A stretch of 63,299 nt of DNA, filler included, from Choristocarpus tenellus KU-1152 (Eukaryota > Protista > Phaeophyceae): the NCBI GenBank assembly GCA_964200185.2. It is 10 parts of 10 records of this genome, joined end to end, with 100 filler letters (N's around TTAATTAATTAA, not from the genome) between each part and the next. Parts side by side here need not be neighbours in the genome. Positions count along the whole stretch, not along the records: positions 24,914 to 29,763 come from CAXNAD020012801.1; positions 29,864 to 35,030 come from CAXNAD020011637.1; positions 35,131 to 38,362 come from CAXNAD020021370.1; 7 more parts are not named here. One strand, 5' to 3'. The notes beneath the pieces are model-generated. The model ran no database searches and was not told the DNA's origin. It saw only the letters and a program-made list of their open reading frames with translations. The stretch's first letter is position 1. Every line of letters starts with the position of its first letter. The position numbers were made by a program, and so were the translations under genes. Shown piece after piece: positions 24,914 through 38,192 of this stretch.

Positions 24914-24987
24914 AGCAAAAAAAAGAGTTGTTTAACGGAAACGGACACCCCCTCAAAAACCAACCGCCCCCCCAGATACTTTGACCC
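24914..24987. mobile_element. Terminus of a poly-C-containing MITE-like element
   Basis: AAACGGACACCCCCTCA...CCCCAGATACTTTGACCC, similar to 5240-5302. Confidence 0.6.
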
Positions 24988-27900
24988 ATGGTGTTAGCTG
25001 ACATTCCATGGCGGTATAGTGGGGTTATCTTGTGTGGTGAAACTGGTGGTAGTACAAGACAAGGTCGAGTAAATGTGTTAAATGTTTCAATCAAGTGTTG
25101 AGGCTCATAACCTGTTGAAACCTGAATCGAGTGCATCGTCGTACATGTAGGCAAAATGCGTAGACTACTAGCGATGAGGAAGAATGGTGTTGCAAAGCAC
25201 CGATGAGTGATATGCATAGTCTATGTTATGCATAGGTGTCATTGTGCTGCAAAGCAACGATCTAATTATTCTGTTGTGACTGAGGTCATTGATCTCTCAG
25301 TAAAGAATGATGCGATGTGAATTTAGTGTTGTTACCTTGGCTGGCAAGGGTTTCCGCGGATGGTTTTAACTCTGATTATATTACATCCATGTGAGTGTGT
25401 GATACACGGTTCAGAGTGGCGTTGATCCAATTTGAGAGGTCAATGGCGGTCACGAAAGAAACAATAGTCAGCCATCAACGTACAACTGTCATCTTCTGCT
25501 GATAAGAAAGAGTAAAGAAAAACAAAAAACAAACGACAGAAGAAAATTGAAACAATATGTGATGCAACTCAAGTGACGTAGACTATACGATACTATTTGT
25601 GTGGAGAGCGACTGTTCTGTACTAAGGTGTTCTGATTGTGGTTGATGTGGTGATGATGAACTTGTGAAAGTAACATCCAGAAAGTAACGTCCAGAACGTT
25701 ACAGACCAATCAACGGTCAGTGTTGACTGGTGGAACTGTATCGTATCAAGGAACGAACAGATGAGAATCCTATGTTTTAACGGGGAACCACAAAAGGGGA
25801 GATCTCCTATTTGCTAAAAAAAGTTGTAGAATAAAATCTGTAAAACTAGGGTCAACGGTTCTCAGATGTATTCCAACGTCTTTAAACCAAAGAAGCCCTA
25901 ACGGTAAATGATGATAAGAGATCCTAAAAACTGCTCCAAATGGCTCATTTCCCAAAGGACTCAGACACCCACAAAGGTCACTTTTAACTGATACCGATTC
26001 TCATTCATATGCTTATTGATTCATTAAGAGTACCCCTGTTCTGCTGACCTGACGTTCATTAACATGTGGGATAGACACCTTTGACCATCAGAGTATCCTG
26101 GGAACCTTGTACAAGCATCGGCATCATCTATAGGCCGGTCGAGTGGAGCTACACATCCTGTGGAGGTGAGCTTCTGGAGCATTCCTGTACAATTATGGAT
26201 CCTAGGAGGCTCCTAAGGGTCAATCCTGTATGAGAAGAACACAACCAGCTACTGAACTCACTGGAAAAAAAAATACAAGCCAACACAAAGAACTTCAAAT
26301 TCAGCAAGAAACAAACCATTAAACATAGTCTAAATTAAGCAAAGCCCCTGCATACCTCCAAAAAGATTCTTCTGCTAGAGGCTTTGTCAACACATCTATA
26401 TGCTGCTCATCTGATGTAACATGAACAATCTTTCTTTGTCCATTTGCTACCAAATCCCTTAGGAAATGATGTCGCAAGTCTATGTGCTTAGTCCTCCCAG
26501 AACTCAAAGGGTTGTTAGTCATACGGACGGCTCCTGTGTTGTCCTCATTCACTACATAACATAAACCAGTCCTATCAGGTTGTAAGAACTCCAACACACC
26601 TCGCAGAAACAATTCCTTCATGCAGTCCCCCATAGCTATGTACTCTGCCTCTGCAGTCGACTGTGCTTATGGCACGTTGGGTCCTAGAAAGCTAAGCAAC
26701 TGCTGCTCCCCCACACATCACTGCCTCTCCCGATACGGATTGTCTGTCAAGTCTAATTGGCTAAATCCGCATCAGCGTAGGTCATTGAGTCCAATCCTGT
26801 GTCTTTCCGGTAGGTCAGGTCCAACTCTTGCATCCCTTTGAGGTACTTGAGGATCTTGGTCACAGCTCTCCAATGTACTTGGCTCGGAGCATGCGAATGA
26901 CGGGCTACAGCTCTTACTGTACTAGCCACATCTGAACTGGTCATGTTGCTGACCCACATCAACCCCCCAAACAGCCTCTCAAAAGGGAGAATGCTTTGAG
27001 ATATTGTCCCCCTCCCTAATTCCAAGCTTTTTGGAAGGGGCTGCAGGGATGGGACTGGTCGATTGGATGGAGAGACGTACAGTGGTGTAGGAGAGATCGC
27101 CACATCCTTGTCGTAAGTGCATGTACACCTCCTCATCCAGGTCAGATTGAACAAATGCCTGCTCCACATCTAGGTGCTACAATGTCAAGTCCAACTCACA
27201 TGCCATACTGGCCATCAGCCTAACTGATGAGGGGGAAGGAGTGGGGCCAGAGGTCTCAAAATAATCAAGATCATATAATCCTGGCGAAACCCTGAGCAAC
27301 TAGCCTAGCCTTAGCCCCATTAAACATTCCAAAAGGGCCACTCTTCAGCTTGAACACCCACTTGGAACCAATGGCCTTACGACCTAAAGGTACATCTGCA
27401 ATACTAAGGGCACCTATGCCCAACAAACCATCGAACTCCTTAGATATGGCCTCTTCCCATACCGGCCAGTATTCGGATTTTTGGGCATTAGCATAAGATT
27501 GTGGGGCTGATCCCAATTCGGAAACAAGACGACCATGCAGGGGGGTACCATCAATACAGACTCAGGTGTGGGCTGTACAGCCAAGGCATAAGCAGCATGG
27601 TTTCTGTCTACACTAGCTATGAGAGACATCAAATCCCCAGCACCTGTACTCTGTTCAACTCTGGCATGCGTTTCTTGTCTAGTCCTACCCAGCTCAAACG
27701 CGAGGTTCATGAACTGGATCGGGAAGAAAAGCTTTGAACTGGAAGCTGCGGTATGGGCAGCCGTGGTAACACCTGGCTGAGGCAAGCTCTGCAGACTCGA
27801 AGATGAGATATGTCCTACACTTCCTTCACCATCTCAGGCAGTGTCTCCGGACAGACCCATGTCAACCTGACCTTCCTCCCCATCACCAGAGGGAGGGTCA

Positions 27901-28010
27901 ACAGCCAGATCCTTGAAAATCTGACCTACACTCCCTTTACCAAGGGGAGAATCACTAGTCAAACTGTCTCCTTTGTTGCCAAAGGATGGTCTCTCGCCTA
28001 GTACAAACCT

Positions 28011-28472
28011 GCTTGACTTCCCATGGGTTCCTTTATGACATTTTTCCTACTGAGCGAAAGTATCTTAGAGGGTACAAGTTTTGCCCCATTTGTCCACTTG
28101 GGGCTTGGCTTCCCATGTTTTTTTTTGTTACATTTTCTTACTCCAAAATGTTTCGGTAATTAAAATGCATACGTTATGAAAAGGTGTGTCTGGAACAAGG
28201 ATATTGAAACTTAACAAAAATGATAGCCAAAATTACATCAAAATCGCAAAATTGGATTTTGGCCCCCAATTGGACGCGGCTCTACCCTCTAAGATACTTT
28301 GACTCACTCAAAAATGTTTAGGAGCAGGTAAAGTGTATGTTCTGAAAATGTGTCCGGAACATGGATATTGACACTTGCTAACAAACACGATAGTCAAAAT
28401 TACATCAAAATCGCAGCATTGGATTTTGGCCTCCATATGGACGCGGCTCTACCCTCTAAGATACTTTGACTC
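28011..28472 (+). mobile_element. Outer MITE copy, left-truncated and interrupted by a nested copy of the same family
   Basis: The flanks GCTTGACTTCCCATG...TTTTCCTACT and CAAAAATGTTT...CTCTAAGATACTTTGACTC rejoin into a family-like sequence once the inner copy is removed. Confidence 0.8.
28052..28305 (+). mobile_element. ~254-bp MITE with TIRs and 3-bp TSD ACT
   Basis: Left GAGCGAAAGTATCTTAGAGGGTA, right TACCCTCTAAGATACTTTGACTC, with ACT on both sides. Confidence 0.88.
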
Positions 28473-29763
28473 TGTCCTCACTTCCGTCGCTACAAGAAGA
28501 GTCATCAGAGAAGGATGCAGAGGAGGAGCGAGATGAACAAACAGATTGTACATCTAATGGTGGATCACTAGCTTCAGGATGGGAGAGCTCGTCCTCAGAA
28601 CGAGGGTTTGCATCGAGCCCCCCCACCCCCCTTCGAAAAGCAGGGACAACCTCTCGTACTGGGGCAAGACTGGGGTCGTTAGTGGATGGTCAGGTCAAGC
28701 TACGTATGATAGCAACAATGGCACCGGTCTGAGTAAGAATACGGTATGAATCACAGGGGTGATTGATCCCCAGCCTCAGGCACAAATCCTGTTGAGCCTT
28801 TTGGAAAGTCTTACGAGTCTTATTGAGACGGCAAAAACCAGGTTGTAGAATTTGGTAGGTCAACAGGGGTGCAGGGGGGTGCCATGCCACATTTCATGCA
28901 CGGTGATTTACAACTAGGATTAAACATGGTTGATGTGCGACTCACTAAGTCACTGACATAGTGTTGAGCTTCAGTCCATAGGGAGTCTGTCTTTGGGGTA
29001 GTGACAAGAGGAAAAATGAGTGGAGCTTGGAGACGGGCAGCAAATGAAGGTTCTCCAATGATACCCAACATGCGTTCAGCAACCCCATTACATTGAGGAC
29101 TGTTTGCAGGTTTAAACTCCTTTTTTATCCCGCGATCACGGCAAAGGGCGCCAAAAGCTCCCTCATAAAATTCCCCCTCATTGTCAGACCGCACGCACAT
29201 GACATCGGCCTGGATATCGGCCAGGTACTTCTTGAAGGCTTCGGTGGCATCCGACTTAGCACGAAGGAAGTACAACTAAACAACACGAGAATAGGTGTCC
29301 CAGATTATCATGGTGTATTGTTTACTGCCGATTGAAAGGGTATCCCTCTTCCCACTTAGGTCGACAAAAACCTGATCCAGCTTTCTCACCACCCTTGTTG
29401 ACGTGCTGGACGGGACGCCCTTCTGTATGCCCTCATATGCACGTGGCTCCAGCTCACCTCACCCACCAATGTAATGCCTATTGAAGTGGCGGTAGACTTG
29501 AGCAATGCCTCGTGTATGTGGTCATAAGAGCGATGAAAGCGGTTAATGTTAACGTCGGTGTGAGGAGCGTGAGGTGCAAGCGAGGGGGCTATGGTGGCCT
29601 TCAAAGCAACTTCAGCATTTGGACCTGGTTGCGGCAATCTGCATTGACTGTGGAGGGTATAATAACAACCATGATCTCTTGTGAAGATACGTTTGCCATC
29701 AAGTAACGAAAATGTACTGTGCCAGTGCATTTTGCACCTATATCTGGTGTGGCTTGGTGTTAA

Positions 29764-29863
29764 NNNNNNNNNNNNNNNNNNNNNNNNNNNNNNNNNNNNN
29801 NNNNNNNTTAATTAATTAANNNNNNNNNNNNNNNNNNNNNNNNNNNNNNNNNNNNNNNNNNNN
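29764..29863. other. Artificial contig-joining spacer
   Basis: N44-TTAATTAATTAA-N44. Confidence 0.97.
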
Positions 29864-29903
29864 CTCCCTGGTGTAGACCCCCCCCCCCCAGATACTGTGT
29901 CTC
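29864..29903. mobile_element. Terminus of a poly-C-containing MITE-like element
   Basis: CCCTGGTGTAGA-polyC-AGATACTGTGTCTC; mirrors the start of 8257-8414. Confidence 0.55.
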
Positions 29904-30088
29904 TTCTGCTTTTTGCATTGCACATGTTGGTCAGTGGTTAAACGTTTCACCTGTCACCCAATATCTGAATTCAATGGTGTCGCTAATGTGAATTGTATGA
30001 TTCTGTGGCAGCGTGGATCACTCAGCCAAGGCCATTGAAGGGAATCACCTTGCATGGCAGACCAGACGGACCATGACAAACCACAACA

Positions 30089-30346
30089 GCGCCAAAGCAT
30101 CTTAGAGGGTACAGCCGCGTCCATTTGGGGACCAAATTCCAATGTTGCAATATTGATGTAATTTTGACTATCATGTTTGTTAGGAGATGTCAATATCCTT
30201 GTCTGGACACTCCTTTTCATAACGTATACATTTTTCCAACTCCGAAACATTTTGGAGTAGGTAAAATGTCAATAAAAAACCATGGGAAGCCAAGCCCCAC
30301 ATGGACAAACAGGACAAAATTCCTACCCTCTAAGATACTTTCACTC
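30089..30346 (-). mobile_element. MITE, same family as 28052-28305, opposite orientation
   Basis: TIRs GCGCCAAAGCATCTTAGAGGGTA and TACCCTCTAAGATACTTTCACTC; interior aligns as the reverse complement. AACA flanks both sides, so TSD length is ambiguous here. Confidence 0.85.
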
Positions 30347-31067
30347 AACAGGAGGACAAAGTCATGTTGGACAAGTGCGAAGACTGGAGAGAATTGCAAA
30401 GAATTCCGTTTTGGGTAGGAGGATATCAGGAGAGAGGGATCATCAGAAATGCTGAGATGTGACAACAAAGAAAACCTTATGTTTGGCATCTCTGGTTGGA
30501 GATACATTCATTTATTTGTGAGATTGGTTTCTTGAAAATATTCCATGCCTCAACCTCACGAAAGATCCTCCACTGGAATCCAGGATCCTTGTTAATGAAC
30601 CTCAATCAGTATAAACGGTATATATATGACACACAGGAACAACAGTATGATAACAGGCAATGGAGGGATAAGTCGTATTGTAGACCTTGTGTCAGCATGT
30701 CCTGGGGTGTTGTGTCATCTATCAGAGTGTATCAAGTACCGTATAGAAGGACTATTCATTATTACGTGCGATGGAGTTATGCTTGATGGATTGCTGGCAT
30801 CAAAGTGCTGTGTAGTATTTAACTGAGCTTACTCCTCACAATGCCTAAGGGTGACCACCCCCCACTCTGATTTGTTCTGTGGGAGGATATAATTTTAGCA
30901 AGCGTAAACTTCATCGTGGTTGCTCTGAATGGTGTTTAATACTGCTGGCTGTGACCACGCAGGGTCTTGACCTCACCCAATAATGAAATGTTCTTAGCAG
31001 GGATGACAACTGGGACGACTAGGACCTTAAGGATTTTAATGGGGTCAGCTCACTTGGTTACTGGGGA

Positions 31068-31327
31068 GAGTGAAAGTACCTTAGAGGGTGTGAGTTTTTT
31101 CCTGTTTGTGCATTTGGGACTTGGTTTTCCTTGAACTTTTTTTATGGCATTATCATACTCCAAGATGTTTAGGGGTAGGTAAAGTGTATGTGCTATGAAA
31201 AGGTGTGTGCGGAACATGGATATTGACACTTCCTAACAAATATGATAGCCAAAATTACATCAGAATCGCAACATTGGATTTTGATGCCCAAATAGACGCG
31301 GCTCTGCCCTCTAAGATACTTTGGCTT
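31068..31327 (+). mobile_element. MITE, same family, 3-bp TSD GGA
   Basis: GGA|GAGTGAAAGTACCTTAGAGGG...CCCTCTAAGATACTTTGGCTT|GGA; interior aligns with the 28052 copy. Confidence 0.88.
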
Positions 31328-33198
31328 GGAAAAGTAGAATCAACAAGATTTTTATTGGGACTGGACCACTGGCGACTCAATCAAGATGCATTTTGACAAG
31401 GTTCGACCAGGTCTCAGCTTGGGTTTGTCAGGTTCTCAGGTCTGTTGGGCTGGGCTGGGTCGGGTGGTTTCTGTTTGAATTGTTCATTGCTATTAATATA
31501 TATAATTTCAAGCTTTTGAAGCAGGTATATGTCAGACAAAAAGAATGGGTATCCTCAAGCAAAGTCAGCACAGCAGCACACACACGCAAATACTTGTTAG
31601 ATAAGCAAGTCGAAATCAATGATGCTCAAATATTGTGCAGATGTTAACATGAAGAAGGGAGGAACATACAGTAACGTGCTTGGACCTATGGTCAAGCACA
31701 ACACAAAACGAGAGAATAAAGGGATATATTTGGCAATAAACCAGAAACAAAGAATTGCAACCAAGGAATGGAGAAAAAAAACAAAATTCATAGAGAGACA
31801 AAAAGAACAAAATCGTGACATCAAAGAAGGAATAATAGAGAGTCCAGAGAGAGGTAGGTGTACCAAACAATGGGTCCCAGAATACCTCAGCATCAGCACC
31901 AAGGAGCAATGTTGCGCCTGAATGATAAATTCAGAGAAAAAAGTCGAAACACAACACCAGATGATTCGAAGATAGAAAGAAATAAAGATATAGAAAACAT
32001 GCCCGCCAGAAGACCGTGGCAGACGACAAACACGGCACCACCAGTCAGTGCGAAGGAGGTGCGTCCTTAACAACAATCTCCATGCGTCATACATTTTGTT
32101 ATCGAATTCTGTTGCAACGTAGTTGCACTAGTATCCAAGAAAGTTCCTTTTCGTCCTCAAGGAGGCTGGTGGTGAAGCCACTATCTCTGCTGTCAATCTT
32201 CGCCTGAGTTAACTTGCTGTTGATTTTTGTCATTGTTTGAAGCAGAAGATAATTGGCGCCCACCTGAACAATGAGACATGTTTCTCCTGCCTCTATGTTC
32301 TCCCGAAAACGTTTAATATATATATATGGACTGTCCTTGTATTGCACTCTAGTACTAGAATCACTTCTGTATGCGATATTGTACTTACTAAAAAACACAG
32401 AAAGTGAAAGAAAAACACAATGAAAAAAGAGTGCAATAAAAACTGAAGAAATACATAACAAAAATAAAGAGGTATCTTACTTCTCCCCCCCTGCCCTCTC
32501 TCTTGAGGAAGTGGAAAATTGGGTGAGAAAGTTGATCAACTACGTTTCTCCCTACCAGTCCTGCACCGAGACTTGACGTACACTACCACATATTATCATA
32601 CAACCCCTCAACCAATCAGTATGATGAGTTCACGAATCCTAATCAGATGTCGACAAGAGTCACACGATCTTCCAAACCTTTTCCTTTTGAGTGTAGGGGG
32701 TGTTGTGGAAATTGATGTGGATATATACTCTATTACCTCTCTTGTAGAGTTCCACAAAACACTCGCAACAAATACATACAATTATCCGTTTTCCCCTGAA
32801 AAAGGAGGTGCATCTTGATTTATTGGGACCTACAAGAATGACAAAATACGAAATAATAATACTATTACGTATCCTCCTTATTATTATTACATGATTTGCC
32901 ACTAGAACGCAGATTCTGTTGTCTTTTCACTTGTTTTGTCAGTGTTTCTTGGAGGTGATAAGGGAGTTTCCGAATCACTAGATCCTAAGGACAAGTAGAA
33001 CCTGACTGGAACGTCCCAACCACGAAACAGCGAAGAGAATCTGGCCGGTAGTGCTACGCTCAGAGGAGACTTGAAGTATTTCAGTAGAAGTACTGACCAA
33101 CTGGCATAGGTGGCGGTTGGAGGCATATAGAAATAGGGGTGTGAACACCCGTCAAACCCTTCAAACTAAGGCGTCATCTACTTGCCTGGTTGACAACA

Positions 33199-34422
33199 AT
33201 GTTTCGCCGTAACAGCCCAGCCTCAAGGCTGTCTAACACGGAGATGAAGAAGCTTGGTAAGATTTGAGGATTCCATCACGGCAACAATAGTGAATGATGT
33301 CGTAGTAGGATTTCCGTAGTAGGAAAGCGGTCAACTACGAGAATGACTTTTAACCTACTTGCAAATGGATAACTTTCGCCAGAGAGCTTGTGGGGCATGG
33401 TCGACAATGCCACTGGTGACATGAGGGCTCGTCCAGATCCTATCATCAACCACAAGATCGCCGATACAATCAATAATTACCCCAACCCAACCATGTAAGT
33501 GAATCGGGGACTAAATTCCATAACGTGGTGATTGCTATCTCCTCCTCGCTTCATATTAGAGGAAACTATATTGGCATGCCTAACTATTCACTACGCAAGA
33601 TTCCCTCTGACAGTAATTTTTTTTTGGTTTTCATCGTGACGTTCTTATTGAGGCTTTCTATGCTGTGATTATGTGGGTTTCAGCCCCTGAACATCAGATG
33701 TGATTCTGTTGAGTGTGTGTGTACGTAGTGCTACAACAAAGGATACTTGATGTCCTGTAGGGTTCGTCATTACCTCTTCTGAGCCCTTGAAGTTATCTTT
33801 CCATGCCACTTTTCTCCTAACGTATTGTTGGCGAGATGCACACATTTGTTGAGGTTGAATATGTAATATATCGATTAGAGTAACGCAAGTCGTCCCACAA
33901 TCTGCACAACTCGTCAGTGTTTGCATGCTGACTTCCTGCAAATCCTCATATACACTCTATGTTGCAGAGTGTTCTTTTTTCTTGCCTTCGTTTGAAATCT
34001 TCTGTGCAATGCATTGATTGCTCACACCGAGAACTCCCATTCCACACTTCCCTTCCCTTTTTTCATAGTGATCATTGTAAAAAACGTGGAAAAACTCGAT
34101 CGTAAATGGAAATATAAATTAGCCCTTAGCATATCTCTTTGGCCAGACCAATCCCTACCCCTCCCTCCCTTCCCCTTCTTAATCCCCCAAACAACCAACA
34201 ACCACGTTTACATCAAACCCAAACATTTTTGTGCTGTGCTTGTTGTGTCTCAGCATATACGAGGTTATCCGGCGTATACGCAAAAGCTTCAAGTCGAGCA
34301 ACCCTGCGGTGGTAATGAATGCCCTTGCCCTCACAGAGGTGCTTATGGACTATTGTGGTGCAAATGTGAGGCGAGAAGTGGGCTCAGAGAAATTTATGCA
34401 ATGGATGGGGAGGCTCTGCAAG
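33199..34422 (+). CDS. VHS-domain protein (TOM1/GGA/Hrs-type trafficking adaptor), first 3 exons (33199-33256, 33383-33494, 34254-34422), 3' part missing
   Basis: Spliced product MFRRNSPASRLSNTEMKKLESLWGMVDNATGDMRARPDPIINHKIADTINNYPNPTIIYEVIRRIRKSFKSSNPAVVMNALALTEVLMDYCGANVRREVGSEKFMQWMGRLCK follows the VHS pattern. GTAAG donors; phases 1 and 2 match. Confidence 0.82.
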
Positions 34423-34967
34423 GTAAGTTTAAATTGAAGGGGGGTGGAGGGGGGGGTTATAAAGGTGTTCCTCTTCTAGACCGCAATATCCTGATACTTT
34501 TTATATCCTAATGCTTCTTTTTGGCATCATTCTCTTTGTTGGTTATGTTCTATAGGCATTAGGAGTGTTCAGGTGGAGTATGATAGTCTTAGGGTTAGGT
34601 TTGGTCTTGTCCACCAGGTTTCCTCTTTGTCACATATGGGGCGTTACGGCAGTTGGTCAGTGATGCCTCCACCTATCCTCCACCCCTTCCTCCCCATTTT
34701 GCTATCTTTGCTGCTGCCTCTGCTTCTAAAGAGGATTGGCCTGCGCTTGTAACCGGAAAATGTATTGCTCTACCTACGGTACACATTGTCTGCCAATAGA
34801 CATTTTGATAACCTTCAAGATTGAGTTGAATTTTGTGTGTGGAATGTCGTTATGCCCCCCTTAACACTTACCCCCCCCCCCCCCGCCCTCCCCCCTCTGA
34901 CCACCATGTTCATGTTGTTTTGCACTGTCCACTCTGTCCACATATATATGGGGATCTACCCTCCCCC

Positions 34968-34998
<31 letters not shown>

Positions 34999-35030
34999 AC
35001 CCCGCCCCCACCCCCACCCCCCCCAACCAC

Positions 35031-35130
35031 NNNNNNNNNNNNNNNNNNNNNNNNNNNNNNNNNNNNNNNNNNNNTTAATTAATTAANNNNNNNNNNNNNN
35101 NNNNNNNNNNNNNNNNNNNNNNNNNNNNNN
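35031..35130. other. Artificial contig-joining spacer
   Basis: N44-TTAATTAATTAA-N44. Confidence 0.97.
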
Positions 35131-35505
35131 CACTTTTCCAATTTATGCAATTCTCACAAAAAAAAAAACCCACAAAAAAAAAAAAAAAAAAAAAAATGAC
35201 ACATAAAAAGTCAACAAATCAAAAAACAGTAAAGAGATTAAGAGATACTCCACAATCAATCAATAAAAAAACACCAAAAAAACACACCATTACCCAAATC
35301 GACAACTAGTAGTCAATCAGCATACCTCTTGACCACCGCGTGTACACCTCACAGAGCAGTACCGTCATTATTCTTAATCTTATTATTATTATTATTATTA
35401 TTATTTTTCACTATTCCTATTATTATCACCATTCGTACTTTACTGTTCTTATTACTATTATTATTCTTACTATTATCATTAATAGTGCACACACCCTTAC
35501 TTCAC

Positions 35506-35593
35506 CTTCTTGAAGTACTCCTCCACATTCTCTAACGCAGTCCTTACCTCAGACAACAACACCCCCACTTTCTCCTCATTCTTCAGCGACAGG

Positions 35594-35629
<36 letters not shown>

Positions 35630-36351
35630 GGGGGACATAAGGACCAACGATATAGAGCCACTACTGCACCTAGTAGTACATGTACAAGACCCCACTCAGA
35701 ACACACTCTCACGGTTACTTGGGAAAAAACTTATCTGAAAAAACATCGACTCGAAAACATCACAACCTCAACCACAAAAAAGGTACTCCAAAGTCTGTTG
35801 ACAACATCTGATCTTGATGCGCAGTTTGAAAACACTGCATGCCAGTAATGCCTCCCATATAATAGAAAAAAAACTAAAACCCTTGCACCTGGTTCATGAT
35901 TGGCACTACAAGTACCTCTCTTTCCCTCCTACTTACTCCTACCTCCAGTGTGTAGGTACTGAGTAAGTCCTCGCGTCTAAGTAAGATGTACCTGTTTCTG
36001 TTCATTGCCTTCAGAATTTTAAAAAAATACTACAATAACGTAAGATCGCAAGTTGGTCTTTCAGCAAAAATTAGGGTTAGGGGAAAACGTGTATATATAT
36101 ACATATACATATATTGTAAATAAAAAATTATCGAAGGGGAAAAAAATGACAACCACTGGCTTTTTGTAACCGCAAGGTTTGCTGTATACATAAAATAAAA
36201 TAAAATAATCTGTTCCGCTAAAAGAGCCAAAAAAAAGCTCTTCGAATCCAATAGCACAGCAGCGATGCTCTACTCCAGCACAGAACAAAAATAATATTTT
36301 CCTTTTTTAAAAAAAAACATCAACAAAAATATCTCCATCACAACTCCATAG

Positions 36352-36382
<31 letters not shown>

Positions 36383-36742
36383 AGATCACCATGCCTCTCA
36401 TCTCCATGACGAGTTTTCATCTAGTAGTACTTCAAAATGTATTTTTTTTTAAGAAATTTGATCTAACACAAAATAAAAAAGGTGACAACAATGATGAAGG
36501 GGACGGACCACTTCAAACAAAGTGGCACACGCACACACACACACACACAAACAGGAAAAAAAATCATCAACCGCCTTCAATGTTAGAGCAAACCAATCAC
36601 CATCTTCGATTTCGCGGCGAGCTCCAAATCAGAGGCCAACTCTTCCCACTCTCTCTTCCCCTTGGTAGTGTGGTATGCCGAACCAAGACTGCCAATGGGT
36701 CCATCGGGCGTCATCTTGTACCCTAACTGCAGTATCAAAAAA

Positions 36743-36777
<35 letters not shown>

Positions 36778-38192
36778 GTATCACCATCATCATTAACATT
36801 ATTGTTATTATCATCATCATCATCAATATAATCATTATTGTCTTCAATATCACCATCACCAATATCACCATCATCATCATCACAAGAAATCAACAACAAT
36901 TGCAAGAGAGAGAGAGAGAGAGAGAGATAAGCTATGAAAGGAAGGCGTTGTATGGACAGGAAACAAAACACACAGCATACATACTCTTGTTGATAGTAGA
37001 TACATAACTTTATTTGACAATAAAAGCTCTTCTTGATAGATACATAACTTTATTTGACAATAAAAGCTCTTGTTGATAGTAGATACATAACTTTCTTTGA
37101 CAATACAAGCTCTTCTTGATAGTATATACACAACTTTCTTTGACAATAAAAGCTCTTCTTGATAGTATATACACAACTTTCTTTGAAAATACAAGCTCTT
37201 CTTGATAGTAGATACACAACTTTCTTTGACAATACAAGCTCTTCTTGATAGTAGATACACAACTTTTTTTTCTTTGACAACACCCCATCGGCAGGGGGTG
37301 AAACAGTTCGCCTAGTGTATCGATCGGCTCATCACATGGAAAAAAAGACATTCCATTTGGAAACCCTGTTCTCAAAAAAACATAATAATCAACTTGTTCA
37401 CAGAAAAATGGAGACAAAAGTTTCTGTAGGTACGGCGACCTAGGAATGCCACTACCTCAATGAACTAGGTTCACTCACTCACAAGCAATATATTAGGAAT
37501 GCCACCATCATTATTCATATTACCCACGAGCTACTACTCTAGAGGGGTTTCATAAAACAAGTTGGCGTAAGGCAGTCGGTCAGGTGGCGAAAAAAAAAAA
37601 GCAACACTTCAAAAAATAACTGAGGAAAATAGAAACAGCAATAAAATCTAGTAAAATACACACACACACACACAAAAAATGTAACTGTCGAATCAAAAGA
37701 AAAAAAAAGCCCCCCAAAAAAATAGAAAACATTGTTCTCTGCAATATGGTGAAATTATTTTCTTTCCAAAAAACAAGACTTTTTTTTAAAGTTCCCCGTG
37801 ATTAGAATTTGGCACCCTAACCCTAATCTTGGTTTGTGAATGGTTCTGAACAAAAAATATGCCTTTTTTTTACTTCCCCAGAACAGAAGCGGTAAATAAT
37901 AATGGTTCTAAACAAACAAAACAGAACGTACCATTCGTGTATGGTGATGTGAAAAAAAAGGCATATTTTTTGTTCCCATTCGTGTATGGTGATGATGGAA
38001 GATGGATGATGGAAGATGAGTGGGTGGATGGGTTAAGGGGGTGGGAGGGGGGGTAGGGGGGGGGAGGAGGCTTTACTTTACCTCCTTGAACAAATTGACG
38101 TTCTCCTTCTTCAGATTGGATGGGAAACTTTTCTTCAGCTCTCGTTTAAACATCCTCTCATACGCCCTATCATCTACCAACTCCCGACACAC
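35506..38192 (-). CDS. Two putative internal exons (38192-38082, 35580-35506) of an unidentified charged, helical protein
   Basis: VCRELVDDRAYERMFKRELKKSFPSNLKKENVNLFKE and NEEKVGVLLSEVRTALENVEEYFKK. Both are phase 0-0, follow pyrimidine tracts, use AAG acceptors and end at GT donors. Confidence 0.45.
36743..36927. repeat. Compound (ATC)n/(ATT)n microsatellite followed by (AG)n
   Basis: Read directly; explains the poly-Ile, poly-Met and poly-Asp ORFs. Confidence 0.9.
36984..37280. repeat. Minisatellite, ~7 tandem copies of a 43-bp unit
   Basis: Unit approximately CTCTTCTTGATAGTAGATACAYAACTTTCTTTGACAATAMAAG starting at 36984, 37027 (40 bp), 37067, 37110, 37153, 37196 and 37239; no spacers. 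Confidence 0.92.

Larger units (their letters stand above)
26319..29730 (-). mobile_element. Degenerate Ty1/copia LTR retrotransposon pol region (pre-integrase, integrase, RT, RNase H)
   Basis: Integrase VRSDNEGEF...SPQCNGVAER, RT KAIGSKWVFKLK...KARLVAQGF and QAFVQSDLDEEVYM, HWRAVTKILKYLKG, RNase H EDNTGA...RTKHIDLRHHFLRD. The INT-RT-RH order is copia-type. Many frameshifts; LTRs not delimited. Confidence 0.93.

Noticed and set aside
24990-25970. 3' LTR of the copia element
   Set aside because: No clear polypurine tract and no matching LTR in the contig, so boundaries cannot be supported.
31394-32072. Possible solo LTR (TGACAAGG...CCTTAACA)
   Set aside because: Imperfect inverted ends, no TSD and no second copy in the window.
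36984-37280. Possible CRISPR array
   Set aside because: Units are contiguous with no unique spacers, no cas genes are present, and the context is eukaryotic.
36629-37417. Poly-Met/Ile/Asp and repetitive Cys-Lys-Tyr ORFs
   Set aside because: They are translations of the microsatellite and minisatellite.
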